Virus record (IMG/VR): IMGVR_UViG_3300031802_000010 | Coordinates: 1 to 28,719 of that record | DNA length: 28,719 nt | From: a virus | Taxonomy: Duplodnaviria > Caudoviricetes | Strand: one strand, 5' to 3' | Part shown: piece after piece, positions 8,236 through 16,685 of the stretch | Numbering within the stretch: the first letter of the stretch is position 1 | Layout: every line of letters begins with the position of its first letter | Notes under the pieces: model-generated | Told to the model about the DNA's origin: nothing | Seen by the model: only the letters and a program-made list of their open reading frames with translations | Databases searched by the model: none | Made by a program: the position numbers and the translations under genes

Positions 8236-8658
8236 ATGGACTCAAAAATGAAACCTCTGCCTTTTATGCTCTTAGAGCTAAATAAGCACTTTACATTCCG
8301 AAAAATTACGGTAGTTTATAAAAAGACTGGTTACCATTCATATAGTAAAGCAAAAGATACATCAGAAAATCCTATTGAAACCATTATATCATCAATGGAG
8401 AAAGTAATTTATCCATATGAGTATGTAAATGTAGCTGATTTAATTAAGCCTAGACCTAATGTCATAGAAGAAAATTTAATTGCCTTTCTTTTACTAGAAT
8501 ACGGGGTTAAATTCAAGTTTCCTCATACAAATACACTATACACTAAAAAGAGCTACTTAACGTATACAGGTGAATTACCCATTAGAGGCAATAAAACACG
8601 AATGATCGAGTTTACTTGTGCAGATATTACAGGATTAATGGAAAGAATATACGAGTAA
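8236..8658 (+). CDS. hypothetical protein
   Basis: 140-aa ORF filling the gap between polymerase and primase; no motif recognised. Confidence 0.7.
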   Translation: MDSKMKPLPFMLLELNKHFTFRKITVVYKKTGYHSYSKAKDTSENPIETIISSMEKVIYPYEYVNVADLIKPRPNVIEENLIAFLLLEYGVKFKFPHTNTLYTKKSYLTYTGELPIRGNKTRMIEFTCADITGLMERIYE

Positions 8659-8682
8659 ACCATGTAAAGGACTAGATCGACC

Positions 8683-10737
8683 ATGGCAAGGAAAAAAGAG
8701 TGTTTGCGAGATATGATGGAGTTTTTTGGTGTCGAATTTTCAGAAATTGAGAAAAAAGAAGAATCTGTCGGGACTTGTTTTAAATGCGATAAAGAAGCCC
8801 ACTTATATGTTAGCAAAAAGAAAAACGTTTTTAAGTGCCATCGATGTGGAGTTAATGGCAATACTAGTGATTTTATGGATTTTATTTGGTCTGGTTTAAA
8901 AGAATTAATATCTGATGACAATCTTCATGCTTTAGCAAAATTTCGTAGACTCCCTTTAGAGGCTTTTTTAAATGTAGAAATAGGCTATAGAAGAGGAAGC
9001 TATTATTTTCCAGTAAAAACCCCTTCTGGAAGAATAACAGATTTTAGATGGTATACCCTTGGAAAAAAAGAACAGTCGGTAACAGGGGCCATTTCTGGAT
9101 TATACGGAATAGAAAATATAGCAAAAGATCATACCAAATTCGATAGAATTTATATATGTGAAGGCATTATGGATGCTATTGGAATGAACTATCTAATAAA
9201 ACAAAATGGAGCAAATGAAATAGCTTTATCCCTTCCAGGAGTAAATAACTTCAAGATGGAATGGGCACCATACTTTCTAGAACAAAATGTAGCTCTATTA
9301 TATGATTCAGATAGTGCAGCTGTTTCTGGAAGAAACAAAGTATTTAGTATAATGCCACCACCAATGGTTAAGGAACTAAAGTATGTTCATTGGCCTGCTA
9401 TTATGCCAACAGGTTATGATATAAATGATTATATTTCCAGTACAGCAGTAAAAGAAGGAAAGTATACAGAGTGTTTTAATAGTTTAAGGGCTATGCTAGT
9501 TAATGTAGGCAATGAAGGCAATGAAGAATCTAGTAACCAAGATTCTCCATCTATGGAAAAAGAATGGTTTATAGATAGACCAGTAGGTATTGACGAACTG
9601 ATAGGAAAATATAGACTAAATTTAGAGCTAAATGACAATTATGTAAATGCAATAAGACTCTGTTTAGCTACAATTCTATCTATTGGAATGCGAGATAAAG
9701 ATCCAGTTTGGGTATTCTTAGTAGGCCCACCTGGTTTCGGTAAAACAGCTATATTATCGTCATTTAAAAACTGTAGTACCTGTGTTTTTCAATCAAGTTT
9801 ATCTAAGCAAAATCTCATTTCTGGATGGAAAACTGAGAATGGCAAAGACCCTAGTTTGCTTCCAAAATTACGGGATAAAACCTTAATTTTAAAAGATTAT
9901 ACGGAAGTTTTAGCTAAGCATAAAACTGATAGGGATGAAATATTTAGTATCCTAAGAGGAGCATTTGATGGCGAAGTAGATAGGGTATTCGGTAATCAGC
10001 AAGAACGTCATTACCATGATCTCCATTTTCCAGCATTGGCTGGAGTAACAGATGAAATTCAGCGATTTTCACAAACTAGTCTTGGAGAAAGATTTCTAAA
10101 ATTTGATATCCATTCACTAAATATTGATCAAGAAGCCCAACAACTTAAAGCAGTCAATACAGCTTTATTCGGTTTAGAGGATACGGAAGAATTAAGTGCA
10201 TTTGTAAACCATTTTTTACTCCAGGAATGGGATTTCTCTAAGAATAGAATTAAGCAGATTTACTCTGAAAGTGAGTATATTACTAAATTGAATGCCCTAT
10301 GTCGTTTAACTGCTTGGATTAGAACTTCAGTTCCTAGAGAAGAATTTTCTAGAACAAATAGGGTAGCGTATGCTCCTAGAAAAGAAAGTGCAAATAGACT
10401 TTCTGTTCAACTTCATAAATTGGCAATAAGCCTTACAATTATGGAAGATAAACTTAGAGTAGATGAATCAATTTACAAGCTATTAAAAAAAATAGCTTAC
10501 AATACAGTAGATGGGTATGGATTTAGAATATTAAAACGGCTACATACTAATGGGGCGAGCTCAGTAGTTCAAATTAATGGGGATATCCAACTTGCAAGAG
10601 AACAAATCTATGGAATTTTAGAAGATTTACAGTTAGTTGGATTAGTAGAGCAGGATAAATTTCAGACAAATGGATCGTCAAGCGTTACTCATTACTACTT
10701 AAATAATGAAGTAAAGAAACTATGGGCTTTGGTATAG
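8683..10737 (+). CDS. primase-helicase fusion: Zn finger + TOPRIM + AAA+ (MCM-like) ATPase + probable winged helix
   Basis: CFKC...H...CHRCG; TOPRIM ICEGIMD, YDSD and YDIND; Walker A LVGPPGFGKT, LILKD, LRGAFDG, LGERF; HTH-like C-terminus. Confidence 0.85.
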   Translation: MARKKECLRDMMEFFGVEFSEIEKKEESVGTCFKCDKEAHLYVSKKKNVFKCHRCGVNGNTSDFMDFIWSGLKELISDDNLHALAKFRRLPLEAFLNVEIGYRRGSYYFPVKTPSGRITDFRWYTLGKKEQSVTGAISGLYGIENIAKDHTKFDRIYICEGIMDAIGMNYLIKQNGANEIALSLPGVNNFKMEWAPYFLEQNVALLYDSDSAAVSGRNKVFSIMPPPMVKELKYVHWPAIMPTGYDINDYISSTAVKEGKYTECFNSLRAMLVNVGNEGNEESSNQDSPSMEKEWFIDRPVGIDELIGKYRLNLELNDNYVNAIRLCLATILSIGMRDKDPVWVFLVGPPGFGKTAILSSFKNCSTCVFQSSLSKQNLISGWKTENGKDPSLLPKLRDKTLILKDYTEVLAKHKTDRDEIFSILRGAFDGEVDRVFGNQQERHYHDLHFPALAGVTDEIQRFSQTSLGERFLKFDIHSLNIDQEAQQLKAVNTALFGLEDTEELSAFVNHFLLQEWDFSKNRIKQIYSESEYITKLNALCRLTAWIRTSVPREEFSRTNRVAYAPRKESANRLSVQLHKLAISLTIMEDKLRVDESIYKLLKKIAYNTVDGYGFRILKRLHTNGASSVVQINGDIQLAREQIYGILEDLQLVGLVEQDKFQTNGSSSVTHYYLNNEVKKLWALV

Positions 10738-10743
10738 GTAATC

Positions 10744-11034
10744 ATGAAACCTAGAATAATTGAATGGAAAATTCTATACAGCGATCTAAAAGATATGCAC
10801 AAATGTGTAGAGATTATTGTTTCATTTGCTCAGGAAGGTTTAGGAATGGAGGAAAATTCCACAAAAGGATTCAAATGCTATACAAACGCTGGAACATTGA
10901 TAATCCGTTTGATTAATCCCAGCAATAGAAATGCATTTATCTTTGCGTTCTATATGGAGTATTTACTAACAGAACCAGAAAATGATAAGGAATCTAGGAT
11001 ACTAATTGCATTGCACAAAGGGCTTTTATCATAA
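10744..11034 (+). CDS. hypothetical protein
   Basis: Last + strand ORF, 6 nt after the primase stop, with AGGT upstream. Confidence 0.7.
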   Translation: MKPRIIEWKILYSDLKDMHKCVEIIVSFAQEGLGMEENSTKGFKCYTNAGTLIIRLINPSNRNAFIFAFYMEYLLTEPENDKESRILIALHKGLLS

Positions 11035-11058
11035 CGTCCTTGTTTAACAAAATCCATA

Positions 11059-11173
11059 CCAGATGTTCTGGCCTGATGCCCTCAAAATCGACGGCAGGAG
11101 CCCTCAGATCGCCTTACACGCTGCCCACCCCTGGCGTGGCAATAATTTGGGGTGGGCAGCTAAGTAGGCTGAG
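11059..11173. other. GC-rich structured intergenic element between convergent modules
   Basis: Perfect 12-bp inverted repeat GCTGCCCACCCC (11120-11131) / GGGGTGGGCAGC (11149-11160), further small stems, and the direct repeat GCCCTCA(AA/G)ATCG. Confidence 0.75.
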
Positions 11174-11199
11174 ATGTCAACAGAGGAGCCTAGCCATGC

Positions 11200-12060
11200 T
11201 CACTTGTTTATGATAACTTCCAAATTATCGCTTACTTTAGTAGCAGATTTTGGTGCTTTAAACTCTAGGTGAGAGAATGGAGAATTTGCATTTAATTCGT
11301 TTATTTCTAGCTTATCTAATTGAATTAAATCTTTTAATCTAAGATCAAATTTTTCCCAATCTTCTTGTGGACCATAATCTTGTATGCAGATATCTAAATA
11401 TTGTATGCCTAAATATTTACAAAAACTGATTGCTGGAAAGATACTATGGGCACCGCCTGCATTACCATGGGAATCCATATTATTTTCTAAATTTCCAAAG
11501 TAAACTGTATCCTGAATAAAAAAACTCTTAGCATCAAAATCAAAGTTTGGCTGAAAGTAAAATGTAAATGGTCTCTCTCCAATTTCTTTTTTAAAAACTA
11601 CTGGAGCAAAAACCATACCTAAATCTTCAAGATCAAATAAACATTCTTCAATACTTTTTTTATCAAAAAAGATAAAGATATCTGCTTTAGGATCACTAGA
11701 AGAAATAACTACATCATACTCTCCATATTCTTTTGCAGTATAGGTAGAATCACATAAAATTGCATTTAACCCAGTAAGACTATTTTCTAGTCCATTTTCA
11801 AGTAAACCCATACCTATTTGATTCCATTTTCCTAAGGGACAAGTCTCATCCCAGTTTACAACTTTTTTCAATATAGGACATCCACACTGATAACACCTAG
11901 CGCTCTTTTTATCTAATTTACTACAAGTATCGCAAATTGATACCCTATATTTTATTTCTTCCCAAGTAGACCTTCGAGCACCTTTTCTAGTTTGTCTAAC
12001 TAAACTCCTAGAATAATCTCTTATTTGATTTGTTATTGGAGGATAATGCAAGTTAGCCAA
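11200..12060 (-). CDS. Cys-rich (DUF6171-like) domain fused to a possible MptE/DUF115-like domain
   Basis: RxxICxxC...RCxxCGC...K...CPLGKW, then HSIFPAISFCKYLGIQYLDICIQD...NELNANS. The likely start is TTG at 12060 after AAAGGA, rather than 12102. Confidence 0.6.
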   Translation of the reverse strand: MANLHYPPITNQIRDYSRSLVRQTRKGARRSTWEEIKYRVSICDTCSKLDKKSARCYQCGCPILKKVVNWDETCPLGKWNQIGMGLLENGLENSLTGLNAILCDSTYTAKEYGEYDVVISSSDPKADIFIFFDKKSIEECLFDLEDLGMVFAPVVFKKEIGERPFTFYFQPNFDFDAKSFFIQDTVYFGNLENNMDSHGNAGGAHSIFPAISFCKYLGIQYLDICIQDYGPQEDWEKFDLRLKDLIQLDKLEINELNANSPFSHLEFKAPKSATKVSDNLEVIINK

Positions 12061-15000
12061 ATTCTCGTCCTTTAACTCTAGCTGTATCAATACGTTCACC
12101 ATCGAAGATGTCGGTCAGAGCCGTTCTACGAAAATCATTTTGAACTGCATTACCTACTAGTTGGCCCGCGCCTGGAGGTATACTAGGATCAGTTTCAAAT
12201 AATCTGTTTATTGCAGTACAGTCTATTGGTGGAGTTGGATAAATATAGTCAAAGAGATCGCTATGAAGCCCATATCGCGGTCCGTATACTCGACCAGTAG
12301 GGTATGGCTCTCCAAGAATACCTCTAGTTTTCCAGATTTTAAATGATGGCTCAATTCCCAATTTTGCACTAATAAAATAGACTATCCAACCAGTTGATTC
12401 GTCAACTTCTAAATCAAATGGGTCAATAAGAGTATGAAAATTATCCCACCAAGTAAGGTTACTAACTTTGTAGCCACTGTTTAGTTCATACGCTAATCTA
12501 TGTGTTCCATCTAAAAAGAGGAACTCTTCAACATCAGGATTACTATCTATATCAGTTATTACTAATTCAGCTTCTGCTATTGTATCTAAAGTACAATCAG
12601 GGAATTCAGGATTTCCTTCAGAACAAAATGGTGTCATTGAAATAGAATCAGGGTAATGGCGGCGTACTGTGACACCAAATAATCCTAATTTTGTACCAGA
12701 GCTTAAATTGATAGCTTCTAAACCAACTTTAAAATTTCCACTCAATTCCCAAGGAGGAATAAATTTAGGGAGCTTTATAGGAAGGGTGAGACTATTTCGA
12801 CTAACGTTGAATGTAAAAAATTCGTTCGCGTGGTGCGTAGAGCCAAGTTCTAAATCCTCCTGAGTATGGATCAGTCCCGCAGAAACTGTAAATGCATTTT
12901 CAGATGGAAAAACGGTTAAACGCACGTGGAATGCTTTTCTAATATGCCGTCGAGTTGGGCTTGGAACTTCATGAGGGAAGTATATTGAATCATATTGTCC
13001 ATAAACATTGCCAGCATCATCTTCTAATTTAAAACAAATCCTTCTGTTGTTATCAGATGGTTCATACCCATTGTAGTAATTTGTTATATACAGTCTATTT
13101 GTTCCATTATCATATATAATTATCTTACTAGTTAATTTTGTATTTTCTGGTTCACCAAAATAGGTAAATACAACTTGTAAATCAAAAGGCTCTCCATCCC
13201 AATCACCAAAAATAGACGAATCATTAACATCATCTAAATAAACAGAATTAGTAGATTCACTTATTTCAATTATTAGGTCTTTATGGAATATGCCCTCAGG
13301 CGTATTATAGATTTCAACATTATCACTAGTAATATCTCCACTTAATGCAAAATCATTACCCATTCCTAAAATACAGTCTACATTCTCACAAGAAATATCT
13401 TCATTTTCATTATCATATATTGGTGTTGATGGCAGTGCCATGCTAAATCTATCTAATACGGCGCCACCACTTTCCATGGATAACAAAATTTGTTTAGTCC
13501 CCCCTTGTACACTGAAATGCGGTAGATTTTGAACGTAACCAGAATATAAAACTTTATCTCCAGAAGAATTTTCTATTCGGCAATAGATGTTAGTGATAGA
13601 AGCGGGGATGCGATGGAACTCGATGGTTACAATATCATTAGCAGCAAAAGTATAGTCAGCAGCAGGATAAACAAATCTACCATCATTTGGATTCATTACA
13701 CTATATTCCCCAGTATATACGTGTATTTCCTCAGGAGTCATCTCATCAAAAAATATATCAACTGACCGAATAGTGAAACCAGCTCTTACTCTACCATTAA
13801 CAAAATCTAACTCAATAAATGTTCCATCACCTACATGCGAAAGATGTTGCCAGATACTATCTACAGAGACTACATGATTCCGATAAACACGCAAAAGCCC
13901 AGTTAAAGCTATTAATCTAAATTTAATAGTGGGAAAATTCCAGAAGGGAACTCCTTCTAGATAAACTTTATCTCCAGTAGTTAATACTAAGGAAGTTCCA
14001 TCAACACTAGAGGAATCTTCATGATCAATCCAACTACAATCACCTGTATGTATTCTATCTTCCCAACTAGAATCTAGAAAATCAAACCACTTAGTGCAAG
14101 CAAGACAATTTACACACTCTTTACAGAATTCTTCATCTGGATAAGACCCAGAAGGCTCTTTATGTTGAACATAATTTATATCCTCTATAGAAATTGCTCC
14201 AGTAAGAATTATAGATTCAAAACCAAATTTCGTACCTCCATTATAATTCCGTTTATGAAGAAATTCTAATTTTTTTTCCGCGACTGCGGACGAAAGTGAG
14301 CTACCGTGGGTACTTTCGTAGTTAATGGAAGCATAGATCATTAAATCTGGATCATTTTCAGCATAATCATTAACCCAATCAGGTTTAAACGTGCAAATAT
14401 TAATAGATAGAGTATTAAAAAACTCAACGGTTCTTGTTACGATAGGCTCAGAAGGTACAAAAGGAAGAAAATGATTAATTTCAGTAAGAATTTTTCTTCC
14501 ATCATCAGATGGAACCTGTAATTTTTCTATAAGCGATTCATTTCCTGATTGAACATCATATAAAGAAACAACCAATCGAGGTCTGGAATGTAAAACTCCA
14601 TCAAATGTTGGCTTCATTACCTCAAGTTTAAGAAAATAGCCATTATCTATATCTACTGCATTAAAGAAAACTTTGAGAGTATTTACAGCTTCATTTTTAG
14701 CAGTTTTGATAAAGTTGCCTGACCTAGTTTTTATAAAGTTACCAGAACTATCCTTCATAAATGCAGAACTAGAAGGCATGTCGCCAAGATCAATGCGACA
14801 AGAAAGAGAAGAGTACACACTCCTGGAAAGAGACTTATTAAAAATTATTCCAGAACCAGTACTCTTTAATCGATGATAAGATAGTAAAGCATTCCCGCCA
14901 GATGGTATACCGCTATGAGGATCTTCAAAATTAGTGGTAAACCATCCCGGACCAAATGATGAAAAATCAACGAATGGTTCATCAACAGAAATAAAATTAT

Positions 15001-15112
15001 CTTCGTTTAAGAAAACCCAGCTACCTAAAACTACATTCCAATCCTCAATTGATTTTTGAGGACCAGAAGTATAGATGTGACAACCTTTTTTGCAACAGGC
15101 TGGATACGCCAT
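12053..15112 (-). CDS. large tail-tip / putative receptor-binding protein (1019 aa)
   Basis: Distal position in the tail module; beta-rich acidic segments separated by Cys clusters. Function inferred from position. Confidence 0.6.
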   Translation of the reverse strand: MAYPACCKKGCHIYTSGPQKSIEDWNVVLGSWVFLNEDNFISVDEPFVDFSSFGPGWFTTNFEDPHSGIPSGGNALLSYHRLKSTGSGIIFNKSLSRSVYSSLSCRIDLGDMPSSSAFMKDSSGNFIKTRSGNFIKTAKNEAVNTLKVFFNAVDIDNGYFLKLEVMKPTFDGVLHSRPRLVVSLYDVQSGNESLIEKLQVPSDDGRKILTEINHFLPFVPSEPIVTRTVEFFNTLSINICTFKPDWVNDYAENDPDLMIYASINYESTHGSSLSSAVAEKKLEFLHKRNYNGGTKFGFESIILTGAISIEDINYVQHKEPSGSYPDEEFCKECVNCLACTKWFDFLDSSWEDRIHTGDCSWIDHEDSSSVDGTSLVLTTGDKVYLEGVPFWNFPTIKFRLIALTGLLRVYRNHVVSVDSIWQHLSHVGDGTFIELDFVNGRVRAGFTIRSVDIFFDEMTPEEIHVYTGEYSVMNPNDGRFVYPAADYTFAANDIVTIEFHRIPASITNIYCRIENSSGDKVLYSGYVQNLPHFSVQGGTKQILLSMESGGAVLDRFSMALPSTPIYDNENEDISCENVDCILGMGNDFALSGDITSDNVEIYNTPEGIFHKDLIIEISESTNSVYLDDVNDSSIFGDWDGEPFDLQVVFTYFGEPENTKLTSKIIIYDNGTNRLYITNYYNGYEPSDNNRRICFKLEDDAGNVYGQYDSIYFPHEVPSPTRRHIRKAFHVRLTVFPSENAFTVSAGLIHTQEDLELGSTHHANEFFTFNVSRNSLTLPIKLPKFIPPWELSGNFKVGLEAINLSSGTKLGLFGVTVRRHYPDSISMTPFCSEGNPEFPDCTLDTIAEAELVITDIDSNPDVEEFLFLDGTHRLAYELNSGYKVSNLTWWDNFHTLIDPFDLEVDESTGWIVYFISAKLGIEPSFKIWKTRGILGEPYPTGRVYGPRYGLHSDLFDYIYPTPPIDCTAINRLFETDPSIPPGAGQLVGNAVQNDFRRTALTDIFDGERIDTARVKGREFG
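14702..14749 (-). repeat. 24-nt tandem repeat x2 (xSGNFIKT)
   Basis: agttttgataaagttgcctgacct / agtttttataaagttaccagaact, 20/24 identical. Confidence 0.85.
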
Positions 15113-15582
15113 TATGGTTCTTCACAAACAGTTTCATTATCTCCAGGACACCATGTTTGTACTATGACCCATTCTCTATGTAGTCCAAAATTGAATTGCT
15201 GGAGAATAGCATCTGCTGGTGATTCCCTACAAAAAAACATAAAATTTCTAGCATAAACATTAACAGTACTTACTTCTAGTAATGGGTAAACTGCTATTAG
15301 GTCTCCAGAACTCTCATCATCTACTGGATTGTTAAAATCCAATGCATATGGATGATACTTAAATAACCTATTTGGATTAGAATATAAATCTTCTGCGGAA
15401 CTAGCTAGTATAACTGCCCCAGGATTGGTTAATGATAAAGTTCCATCTACTAGTTTTAACCCTGGACCAACCTCGAATTTTTCAACAAACTCAGTTGCCC
15501 TACTCCATCTATTAGCATCTGAAGCTGAAACAACAGATTTGCCAGCTCTTAATTTCTGTAATGGCCGTTCTGATAAACCCAT
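15112..15582 (-). CDS. hypothetical tail-region protein
   Basis: TAATG-coupled to the 1019-aa gene; lies within the tail module. Confidence 0.7.
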   Translation of the reverse strand: MGLSERPLQKLRAGKSVVSASDANRWSRATEFVEKFEVGPGLKLVDGTLSLTNPGAVILASSAEDLYSNPNRLFKYHPYALDFNNPVDDESSGDLIAVYPLLEVSTVNVYARNFMFFCRESPADAILQQFNFGLHREWVIVQTWCPGDNETVCEEP

Positions 15583-15616
15583 TAAATGGCTATTTCCTGA
15601 AAAAATATATCAACTT

Positions 15617-16681
15617 CTAGTTTTTTATAAAACTCAGTTGCCCTACTGCCGCTTTTTCGGGGACACCGAAACCAACTTCACTAGTTCTCCATAGGATATT
15701 GTTTCTAGAGTTTCCGGCATCTCGTAGAAGTTTTTCATCCCTAACTCTCAATATTCCATTGTATTCTGTACCAGCAAACAAAGCTTTAAAATCCAGCATA
15801 ACATACGGACTTGGAACAACCGATTTAGTTGATATAATTATTTTCTCTCCGGCTTCCATAAAATCCCCTAAGAAACCACGTACTATATCTAATTCCAGTG
15901 TTTCGTCCCACCGAAGTTTCGTTCTACACTCAAATGAATATGTCACCGCAAATGGATCTGGTACTAATTTATGAGCTCTTAAACCTAAATTACTTGTATC
16001 TATTACTCGTTTGTATTTTGCTCCAGAAAATCGTACATGACCTGGTGCAAAACCCATACCATTAGGAAAAATGACCCATTCATTATTTAACTGTCCAGTA
16101 GTCTTAATAATCTCTAGCCACTTTGGATTTTTTTGTTTAGGAATTGCTAATGTATGATTTATAGTCGTGTCAGCCCAAAATACAGATTTAGTAAGGTCTA
16201 CTAATTTCTTCTCATTTCCACCAGGATCTGCCCCAAATCCACCTTGCCAAGTAAAAAATGGATCAACTAATTCCCTATATGCTGTCTTTGTGTCCCCATC
16301 TTCTTCAAACAGTGTTGCAGTCTCATTATCTTCAGGCTCCTGTTCTGTTCCGTCACCTACAAAAAACGTTGCTGGATAAGACTTAAAACTACAAGCTATG
16401 ACAGCATCAGCATACTCAATATAACCTCTAACACCATCATTAGTTGGAAGTCTTTCTCCAGTAATAGAGATTGATTCTGCATAAATAGGATAAGTAGGAT
16501 ATTGATCCCGCATAATCTTATTATTGAGAATAAAATTAGTTATAAAGATCCAACGATTTTTATACGGTCCACGATAAATTTTTTCAGCCCTAGCTTCCCC
16601 TTCCATTGGACTAAGCGACTCAACTGATGAGCCATCTTGTTCATAAAATCCATAACCAATTTCTTTACCTGCAATACCCAT
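15617..16681 (-). CDS. putative tail-tip (distal tail/hub-position) protein
   Basis: Immediately follows the tape measure gene; role inferred from synteny only. Confidence 0.6.
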   Translation of the reverse strand: MGIAGKEIGYGFYEQDGSSVESLSPMEGEARAEKIYRGPYKNRWIFITNFILNNKIMRDQYPTYPIYAESISITGERLPTNDGVRGYIEYADAVIACSFKSYPATFFVGDGTEQEPEDNETATLFEEDGDTKTAYRELVDPFFTWQGGFGADPGGNEKKLVDLTKSVFWADTTINHTLAIPKQKNPKWLEIIKTTGQLNNEWVIFPNGMGFAPGHVRFSGAKYKRVIDTSNLGLRAHKLVPDPFAVTYSFECRTKLRWDETLELDIVRGFLGDFMEAGEKIIISTKSVVPSPYVMLDFKALFAGTEYNGILRVRDEKLLRDAGNSRNNILWRTSEVGFGVPEKAAVGQLSFIKN

Positions 16682-16685
16682 ACTC

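Noticed and set aside
11073-11079. CTGATGC as a hammerhead ribozyme core
   Set aside because: The core needs CUGANGA and a downstream GAAA; neither is present.
11063-11167. 34-aa ORF in the GC-rich island
   Set aside because: No SD, atypical composition, and openness is explained by high GC.
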